Origin: Octopus sinensis
Lineage: Eukaryota
DNA: 64,000 nucleotides
Reading direction: 5' to 3'
Assembly: GCF_006345805.1 (NCBI RefSeq)
Contig: NC_043008.1
Span: 44,082,001 to 44,146,000 of the forward strand
Both the position numbers and the translations under genes were made by a program. Of the stretch, positions 54,252 through 64,000 are shown in pieces. Every line of letters begins with the position of its first letter. The first letter of the stretch is position 1. The notes under the pieces were generated by a model. It was given only the letters and a program-made list of their open reading frames with translations, ran no database searches and was not told the DNA's origin.

Positions 54252-55783
54252 TGAGAGAGGCGTGTCTGTATGTATAAGCGTAATTTTGAACCGTATGTGC
54301 GTGTGACTGTGTCTGTGTGTGTGGTAGGATTCTTTAGTCATACTCTTCATTGGAGTTGAGATCTTGTGATAAACCGTTTAATTTTTTGTAATAGACAGCA
54401 GCAGTAAAATGACCAAATTTTTCTGGTCTGAAGAGATATTTCTTCGAACTAGATCAACCACGTAAAAGGTTATCCGTCAGATGCGATTGATCAAGTGAAC
54501 TATAAATCTGAAAGATCAAACCGCTAGTTCTCCCGCTCAGAATATTGCCTGTTTCCAGTGTTTCATGCTATTTTGCTTGTTACGAAAAGTGTTCGACGGT
54601 TACGGTGTTACGAAATGAGATCGATGACACAAACGATACCTTTAACTTAATTGTTTCTGATTTAAGTACACGGTCAATGATTTTAAAGGATAACATTTGT
54701 GTCCTTCGTTAAAAATATGCGGCACAGATGCAGGGAGATTTTGGATCTTACTAATAGAGTAAAGGTGACGAGCGACATTATCATGAAATTATCCCATCTT
54801 CTGGTCTAATATCCCAATGGATCGGCACGGATCCTCATGGATGACATCCTTCGACTGATCTCTGTTGATCTGAATATACGGAGCGGAATTCAGAGAATCT
54901 GCCAAGGGCGAATTCCGTTCCTCGAATCTTGAAAATTATTTTTATGCAGTTCTGACAAAAATAGTAAGTTCTCTATACAGAGAATTAATGCCTCAAACAG
55001 ATTTGGTAGCCTTGGTAGTTTGACTGAAAACGAAAAGTGCAGGCTTCGAAAATTTAGAACTCCATCATGTCCATGAAAAAAGGTAAATTTATTCATATTT
55101 CAAAAGCAATAAACAAAACTTGTACAGGGAAAAAATGTCAAGAAATTTCTACGACATATTTTTCGCGTGAACTGTTAATTTAAATATCACTGGAAGGAAA
55201 CGAACGAGTTTATCCCACAACCCAATAACTAAACATAGGACACGGTATGTATGTATATATGTATATATGTATGCATGTATGTATGTATAAATGTATGTAT
55301 GCATGTATGTATTTATCTATGTGTGTATATATAAACATATACGCAAAAAGACAAACACACACACACACACACAAACACATACACCCACACACGTATGCAA
55401 ATTTAAGTGCTTTTTAAAAGTTTAATTCGCCAGCCAAATAGAAATCTAAATAAACCATATTGAAACAAAAGCCTACCAGTAACATTACCGAGGGAATTTA
55501 CACAAATGTCAATCTTGATAAACCGGAATCAATTGATATCTTCAAGAAATAATAGAATGACCAAGAATGGATTATTTTAAAAAGTATTTAAAAAAAACAT
55601 TTCTCGCAGTTTGAGTAGGCACTATTTTGCTTTTTGTTTGTTTTTTTTTCATTTTCATTTAGTATGGTGACAAAAAGATATTTTATTACAAAAACACGAC
55701 TGACAGGCACGCATTATTTGAATTTATGTGGATATATGTAATGTGACTGTATGCGCGGGTGTCTATGTATGCATTCACATATA

Positions 55784-55831
<48 letters not shown>

Positions 55832-55909
55832 AATAATAGAGTCAAACCAAATAGCGATATTTTGAAATCGTTTATATTGTAACACAATATAAATGCATAT
55901 ATATATATA

Positions 55910-56325
55910 GGCGCAGGAGTGGCTGTGTGGTAAGTAGCTTGCTAACCAACCATATGGTTCCGGGTTCAGTCCCACTGCGTGGCATCTTGGGTAAGTGTCT
56001 TCTGGTATAGCCCGGGGCCGACCAATGCCTTGTGAGTGGATCTGGTAGACGGAAACTGAAAGAAGCCTGTCGTATATATGTATATATATATATATAAGTG
56101 TATGTGTTTGTGTGTCTGTGTTTGTTCCCCTAGCATTGCTTGACAACCGATGCTGGTGTGTTTACGTCCCTGTCACTTAGCGGTTCGGCAAAAAGAGACC
56201 GATAGAATAAGTACTGGGCTTATAAAAAGAATAAGTCCCGGGGTCAAGTTGCTCGACTAAAAGGCGGTGCTCCAGCATGGCCGCAGTCAAATGACTGAAA
56301 CAAGTAAAAGAGAAAGAGAAAGAGA
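55910..56325 (+). mobile_element. SINE family B, full length
   Basis: GGCGCAGGAGTGGCTGTGTGGTAAG head through GAAACAAGTAAAAGAG tail. Confidence 0.93.
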
Positions 56326-56371
56326 TATATACATATATATATATGTATATATGTATATAATTATACATGTA

Positions 56372-56471
<100 letters not shown>

Positions 56472-56868
56472 CGTGATCACTGGATTGTGAGTGTTCTACG
56501 AACATTGTATCTGTGTGTGCGGCCGTGTGTGTTGAATTGCATTCATATGATGTTACGTATGTCTGTGTGCGCGCGTGTTTCTGTGATTCTACGTTTATGG
56601 TTTTTAAGTGTATGCTTTATGTTGTATTCAATCAAGAACTCGCTATAAGACAACAATTATTGTTTGTATTTCTCAACACTTGGGACTTGAAATTTTACTC
56701 CAAAAAAATTCCTGAATGTCCATTTATTTTTCATAAATATAGATATGTGTCATACATTTATTCTTGTATTACTTTCTGTCATTATCCGTATTCATTCCTC
56801 AGAATATAGTTTAAATGGTCGATGACATAGTATATTTTACTATGACTAATATCGTGTTTTTCTTTTTT

Positions 56869-57110
56869 GACGGCGCATAGCTCAGTGGTTAGGATATTTG
56901 GTTTACGATCGTAAGGACGTGAGCTTGATTCCTGGCCACGCCTTCTGTTCCTGTTCAAAACACTTCATGTCACGTTGGTCCAGAGTTACGCAGCCGACAA
57001 AAATGAAATGTATCTGTAATTCCGCTTTGTCAGACACTTGCAAGTTAATTTCACTTCACAATGGGATCAACTGAAACACTTGTTCTCGTCACATAATGGG
57101 TGCTGCCCAA
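56869..57110 (+). mobile_element. decayed SINE family C
   Basis: GACGGCGCATAGCTCAGTGGTTAGG head; GCAAGTTAATTTCAC and GGATCAACTGAAACAC shared with other family C copies. Confidence 0.65.
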
Positions 57111-57112
57111 GC

Positions 57113-57177
<65 letters not shown>

Positions 57178-57419
57178 GGGTGTGTGTGATTGTGTATAGA
57201 AGAATATATTAATAAAAGGAATTCCAACCTTGTCTGATTTTCACGTTTTATTTACAATCTTATAATGATATAATATAAGATAATATAATATAATAGAATA
57301 AAATAAAATAGTAGAATGTTAATGTTCATTCTGATTGAAATAGTACTTTCATGCATTAAATTATGCAATCTTTAGGTGTTCATGTAGTAGTGGTGACAAT
57401 CATGCTTCACAATGTTTTA

Positions 57420-57457
<38 letters not shown>

Positions 57458-57885
57458 GATGAAGAATAATGACTAGGTAAAATTACGACCAGCTTTTATA
57501 GAAAGTTGATGCAGGTAGTTTATCCCGTCGTCTTTTTGGCTTATATTTCATGCGATGGCAAAAACCCTATTGTTTATGGGATGAGCCAATATATTAAGTA
57601 AGACTCGTAAGACGGAATCTTTGCCGGAACATCGTCATCAAAACTTTCTGTTTGACAATTATAGCCTTCTCAATTATTGAACATGGGAGTTACTTAGTTA
57701 ACCTCGCAAAAGGTAAAACTGTCTACCTTTGAATTGGGAGGTTGGCAGAAAAAGGATATATCTATGATCCGATGCCCCAAGTACGGTCGATAAAGCAATC
57801 GTTATTTTCCAAAGTTTGACAGTAATAGAAGGAAACTACCGCAGGTAATGGGGAGTAATATAAGTAATTTTGATTGGTATATATG

Positions 57886-57920
<35 letters not shown>

Positions 57921-57994
57921 TGAGAGGAGTAGATAGATACATAGATAGATAGATAGATAGGTGGATAGATAGATAGGTAGATTTATATATATAC

Positions 57995-58037
<43 letters not shown>

Positions 58038-58043
58038 ATATAC

Positions 58044-58101
<58 letters not shown>

Positions 58102-58285
58102 CATACATATATATGTATATATATGTATATATATATATATATGTATATATATGTTCTTGTAATTAATGAGAAAGACGTAAGATAGAATATACGAAAAACT
58201 TTATTGATCGCGGAACAATTTCGATTCATGTAGCATCGATCCTTCGCAGGTGGGAGACTGTGTCGTATGCTTAATTAACTATATA

Positions 58286-58371
<86 letters not shown>

Positions 58372-59084
58372 CATACATATACATATATATATATATGCAT
58401 ATATATATGTTTAGATATTTATATGTATGTGTGTATGTATATACACATATATATATACTCATATATACATATGTATATGTATATATATACTTGCGTATGT
58501 ATGTATGCATACACACACATACACACAACTAATGATAGTGCTTAAACTACACGTGCATTCTCTCGCTTTATTCTTCATCGCTCTTAGTGCTTTCTTCCTG
58601 TTCCTGTTTCTCCTCGACTCTCTTCCTCTTTTTCGACATTCCGTAGAGGAACTATGTCAGAAACTGATCCATGGCTTTTATCCTGATTGCACAAGCTATT
58701 TATGTCCGATTTGGTTTTTGATGTACTTGTATGTAAGTTTCGTGTTTTGTATTTTTGTGTATCAATGTTTTTACCAGTTTATCTTTGAAGAAGTGTCTGG
58801 CTTCCCTCAATTTTATACGAGAACCGCTGGAATGTAGTGGACAATCTATAATTAAATCGTAATAGAGATGGGTAAAATGCAGAACAGAAAGAGCGAGGTA
58901 CTTGTCTAGAAAGTCACACGGAGTTGAGGGTACACAATTTGCGCATGTGTTCCAAGAGAATTGGTTGTACAGCCACTCGTCTTTGAGATATAAATTCAGG
59001 AACAATTGGAGTGGGTTTCAGTAAAGAATCTAGTGAGTTCCATTTTCTGCCTCTGATGTATGTATGCATGATAGATCGTTATCC

Positions 59085-59262
59085 ACTACACACATTTTTC
59101 TCTCCTTGTTTCTCGCTTTGTTTTTTCTGTGTCCCTTTCTGTAGAAGAGCTTAGGCTCGAAACGTAAAAGATTTTTTTCTATTCCTGAGCGTTATACTAA
59201 TACATCTGTTTGTTTTGTACACCACCTGTCTTCATCTTTTGTTTTTCTCGTAAACTCTTCCT
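59085..59262 (+). mobile_element. Penelope-like terminal repeat, type 3
   Basis: CTTT-CTGTAGA-A-GAGC-TTAG-GCTC-GAAACGT-A-AAAG, then TTCCTGAGCGTT and ACCTGTCTTC. Abuts (ATGT)n. The 3' tail also occurs at about 42320-42372. Confidence 0.7.
59135..59170 (+). ncRNA. minimal hammerhead-like motif (core position 6 is U)
   Basis: Stem II GAGC/GCUC, intact GAAA, ACGU palindrome, GUA triplet, stem I CUUU/AAAG. Confidence 0.6.
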
Positions 59263-59582
59263 ATGTATGTATGTATGTATGTATGTATGTATGTATGTAT
59301 GTATGTATATATGTATGTATGCATGTATGTATGTATGTATGTATGTATGTATGTATGTATGCATGTATGTATGTATGCATGTATGTATGTATGTTGTATG
59401 TATGTATGTATGTATGTAGTATGTATGTATGCATGTATGTATGTATGTATGTATGTATGTATGTATGTATGTATGTATGTATGCATGTATGTATGTATGC
59501 ATGTATGTATGTATGTATGTATGTATGTATGTATGTATGTATATTTGTATGTATCCACCTACCTATCTATCTATCTATCTAA

Positions 59583-59617
<35 letters not shown>

Positions 59618-59620
59618 CCC
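59263..59620. repeat. (ATGT)n followed by (ATCT)n tetranucleotide array
   Basis: Direct reading. Confidence 0.97.
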
Positions 59621-61387
59621 ATCTGTATGCGCATGCGTACGTACGTACGTGTGTGTGTGTGTTTACATATGTGAACTTAAGACGCGTTTCTTTACAGTCT
59701 AACTTCCGGAATGTAAAATTTACTCATAAATCTTTAAAACTTTTGTTGCTGTCGCTAGGGTATGGTAAATGTTACCTATCGAATATACCCTGGGGTCGAA
59801 CCAGACCCGATCAGTTCTCACTTGTTTGTCAAATACACAACTTTACAAACAGACCGTGTTTATTGTTTGTTTATCTGAACTCTTTGTATTGTTTTGTATG
59901 TCCCTAACTCGGCGTCTTTTCATAGCCATATTTTCGGCAATATGGTGTATAGAAAAGTCACGTCAAACCGGCGAATGCTATCCCTCATCGGGATATTAAG
60001 TATTGCCGGAAATTTGAAAGGATTTCGAGTATGTCACGTGTAGCACAACAGCAGGAAATGAAACCTGTGTATCAACCCCTGGTCGCTGGTCGCTGACAGC
60101 ACACTTCAATATTGGAATAATTTGTTGCATTCACCTTATAGAATGATTCTAAATTCACTGTTGTTATTCATTATTTTCGTTTTATTAAATTATGTAATTC
60201 CTGGATTATGAATCTGATCTCAATTCAAATCTATTATGTGCCAATAAGATAACATAACTGACAAAACTCTATCCTAAATATTACAGAGGATAACCGCTTG
60301 TATAAGCAGCATAATCACAATCATCTCGCTCGATACATGTCCAGAATCTAAATGATACGAACGAACATGTCAGCCATTTTGAAATCATATTACATACGAA
60401 GGAAGCGAATGTTTTTGCATTGTGGTGAGAGTTGCAACGTTTTTCATCATGCGGGAGGGTAGGGGACAACATTTTCTATATTTTAAAATCTTTCATTCTA
60501 CTAATGTTAACTCATTTAACTTATATTAACACAAATTTTAATTAGTATTCTTCATTATTCATATGACATCAGACACCTCTATCTACTGTGAATCTACTAT
60601 CAAATATATTAAATTTCTTAATTTTGGAATTGTCGTTATCGACTAAAATATTTCACCTTATATTATCTTTGATTTATTTCAATAATCAATAATTAGTCGC
60701 TTTACTATGAAATATTATTATAATCTCCTCAAGTCACACGCACCGTATATTACTGATATTTATTGGGAAAGACCGAATATTGGACGAGAAACGGGGAATA
60801 CAAAATACAATTAGACCAACGTTCTATCACTACACCACCCCACCTCTATTCTCTTCTGTACCAAACCATTAGTCTTTGGGCCTTATTAATTACCATCACG
60901 CAGGAGCTTATTTCGTTCCTAATTGCCAAATTACCATCATTATTTTCAAACAAATTGCTGTGCACTGTATATGATGTTACTAATTACCAGCACACATTCA
61001 ATTTCGGGAGACACAAATCTATTTTATTTAGTCAGTGCTAGTGTTTAGCCCCAGGTCAAACCTGATCAATCACAGCTAAAATCATATTTTCCTTTCGTTT
61101 TTCTCTTCATCTGTAAATTTTCAAACTTGACTTTGTGTTTCGTTTTATAAGACGAAAGGATATTACAGGAAGAGATTTGGTCAGTACATGCTTGACTACC
61201 ATAACGTAGTAGACTAAATCTCTGAATCATATTGGAAAAGCCGGGTCCTATAGGCGGACGAAATATGTTACAATTTGTTTTTTGACGTGACTAAAAGGAT
61301 ACGTATAAATGACTGAGAGAGTAAAATCGGTCAGAAAATTAGGGATTCTGGTGTTTGTGATTAGCTATATTGTAAGGGGTGTCGTAC

Positions 61388-61449
<62 letters not shown>

Positions 61450-61789
61450 TGAGAGAGAGAGAGAAAGAGAGACAGAGAGAGAAAGGGAAGTGTTAGTGCG
61501 TGATAAGTGAGAGCAAAGGAAGAAGCAATGGAAAATTATGAGTGAAGACTAGAAGAACTAGGTAACACATGGTGGATGTTGGACAAGGGAGGCGAATGTG
61601 TCGTGAATTATTACTTTGTTTCTAGTTACGAATGGAAAATAGTGTGCTTTGCTGATGAAATATCGCCAGATCGAGGAAACTCAGAAACACATTTGTTAAT
61701 TCGTCACATGGGGATATCATGTGCGTTCGCAAACACGCACATACGCACATACACACTCACGCACACAAACACACATACATATATATGTA

Positions 61790-61990
61790 TGCGTGTGGTC
61801 CGTTGGCGATTTCTTCTCCATTTGCTTTGAACTTTTCCCTTTTTCCTTTCCGACAAGAAGCAACGGAAACTTTAAACGTTAAACTCTCTACTTTTTACAG
61901 AGAATCAAGCTAATACACTTCCTGTGCACGTCCCCACCTCCGCTATTTTTCGTCATTATTTCGTTTTTCATTCGTTTACATGAATTCACC
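61790..61990 (+). mobile_element. diverged copy of PLE-like repeat type 2
   Basis: CGTTGGCGATTTCTTCTCCAT matches 36591; degraded core CCGACAAG..AAACGTTAAA. Confidence 0.55.
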
Positions 61991-62717
61991 ACACACACAC
62001 ATACATGTAAGAGTTGTCCAATGTACATGTCTCTGGAAAGTTCTAGTATCAAATGACCACCACCTAAGCAAGGTCTTTTTATCTATGCCCCACCAAAATC
62101 AGTCAGTTTCCCAAGTAGCAGCAGTACACAACATGGATGTTGTCTAAGGGGGAAGAATTGGCCTCCATGAACTTGGCACTTGTTTCGTAGCTGGTGCGAT
62201 CTGCACGTAACCCCCGCGAAGAATTTCTCCAACCTTGTTTTATCCAAAGTTCTCAATTCTCCGCTTGTTCAGTGGAACTTTCTTTTCATGTCCTCGATTA
62301 ATAACCATGTTCTATTTTATTTTGCACTGATACTATATTAAATCGTTCTCCGACTTGCGAAAGCTAAGTCAATCTCAGATAGGTCTAAATTCTAAGAGAA
62401 TACATACAGCAAGGCGTTTCTTTTTGTCAGAGGATTTAATGATGCAACAAATCCATAACAAAGCAGTCAAATCGCCCTCCAATTACACCAATCTGGCTTC
62501 GAAACGATGTCACGTTAGACAATATGACACAAGATACATTTAATTTATAGAAAAGTCATGAGGGTCAAAATTAGGTTGGCGTTTATCGTATGTCCTCTCA
62601 ATCAGGTGTGACCTGGAGCTAGACAAAAAGTAGCAATAATGGCTATTTAATTAATAGAATAGATATACATACAAGATACTTATAAACATGCATGCACACC
62701 CACTTATACACATATAT

Positions 62718-62931
62718 TTCTTTACTACCCACTAGGGCCTAAACATAGAGGGGACAAACAAGGACAGACAAAGGAATTAAGTCGATTACATCGAATCCAG
62801 TGCGAAACTGGTACTTTACTTAATCGACCCTGAAATGATGAAAGACAAAGTCGACCTCGGCGGAATTTGAACTCAGAACGTAATGGCAGACGAAATACGG
62901 CATGCTAAAGTCTCTGCTAGCTCGCCGCCTT
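62718..62931 (-). mobile_element. SINE family A monomer
   Basis: Tail and core intact with an internal deletion near the head; approximate TSD CCACTT(A/C)TACA(CA)TATAT. Confidence 0.88.
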
Positions 62932-63494
62932 CCACTTCTACATATATGGATAGATAGATATGTGTGTGTGTGTGCGTAATCTTTTACATGCAACAGTCAC
63001 TACGCTGTGCCCATGCTGGGGCTCTACCTTGAAGGGTTTAGTGAATAACCTCCAGTTTATATTTTAATATTTTATATTTCATCTTCCTTTTCCAAACGGT
63101 TAAATTAATGGAACGTAAACAAGCCAACACCGGTCGTCAAATGCGGCTGGGTGACACATACAAATGAATCGTCACGCATACAAACACACACATAAGAACG
63201 ACTGGCTTCCACAATTTTCCCTCTGTCAAATTCATTCACAAGACATTGATCCTCTCTAGGGTATAGTAGAAATATATAGAAAATTACCACCTGTATCATC
63301 TCTTGTGAAATGTAGAAGTGTCCAGTTTGCTGGACATTGTTGTAGAGCAAAAACGAGGTAATTTCTACTCTTCTCCTCTGGAAGTCATCTGCTCGCGATA
63401 CCAGAGGGCGCACACTCTCCTACCCTAATGTAATCTCCAGGGATACAGGCATCCAGCAACAGGACCTCTGTAATAATACGATGTACCGTGAAGT

Positions 63495-63630
63495 CTGACT
63501 TAACATAGCAAATCCCATTGTCTCGACCACGGTCGACCATTGATGATGATAGTAGAAAACACCTGCCCCAGGTACCACAAAGCGGAACTCAACCCGAAAG
63601 CAAAAGCTTACCAAGTGAGTTTCTTAACCA
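63495..63630 (-). mobile_element. decayed SINE family B 5' fragment
   Basis: ATAGTAGAAAACACCTGCCCCAGGTACCACAAAGCGGAACTCAACCCG aligns to the reverse complement of the family B head. Confidence 0.65.
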
Positions 63631-64000
63631 GAAAGATATCATTTGTTTTAGTAATTGTATTTACTTTATCGACCGTCGCGGCTTCAATCAGGGTGTAGAA
63701 GTTGGCAAGATTAGGAAAAACATTCAAATGAAAAAGAATCGAAAGAAGCACCATATTTCTTTGATTGTATTCGTCTTACTGAAATTATTCCAAGAACATG
63801 ACCATCAGCTGTGATTAATTTTAACTAATACTCTTCCTCCTCCTTTTCTCACTGATATATCTATTTTATTATTTATTTATAACAAACACAATTTATTATA
63901 AGAGGAATAAAATATATATTTTTGTCAGAGAATACATGAATGTAAAATGATTGTTGATGTTAGTATAGTTCGTTAATTTTATACGCGAAGATTAATGAGA

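Noticed and set aside
54904-54915. AAGGGCGAATTC matching a TOPO vector junction
   Set aside because: Only 12 nt, and the following bases do not continue as vector sequence.
55910-55985. tRNA-like A/B boxes in SINE heads
   Set aside because: They are SINE promoters followed by SINE bodies, not cloverleaf tRNA genes.
63105-63413. ORF containing NEFDRGKIV resembling a Tc1 HTH start
   Set aside because: A short isolated match with no TIR or downstream transposase motifs.

Overview
AT-rich, repeat-saturated eukaryotic non-coding DNA. I could not support any intact host protein-coding gene, rRNA, tRNA gene or CRISPR array. The SINE families and the very high microsatellite density resemble what I recall of octopod cephalopod genomes (inference; no database search). 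Contents: about 30 copies or fragments of three tRNA-headed SINE families, several with clear 10-20 bp TSDs and some as TSD-bounded dimers or trimers; a decayed Tc1 (DD34E-type) transposon; two non-autonomous Helitrons with identical 3' ends; hAT and mariner-type MITEs; a decayed RTE LINE (endonuclease half); a decayed R4/Dong-like RLE retrotransposon 3' fragment; several Penelope-like terminal repeats with minimal hammerhead-ribozyme motifs; and many simple repeats with higher-order or microsatellite-bounded tandem duplications. Nearly all ORF-track entries are microsatellite or SINE artefacts. I found no convincing new biological system. The best leads are the hammerhead-bearing terminal repeats, the modular SINE multimers and a shared 5' extension on two SINE copies. 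Coordinates were read by eye, so ends of decayed elements are approximate.
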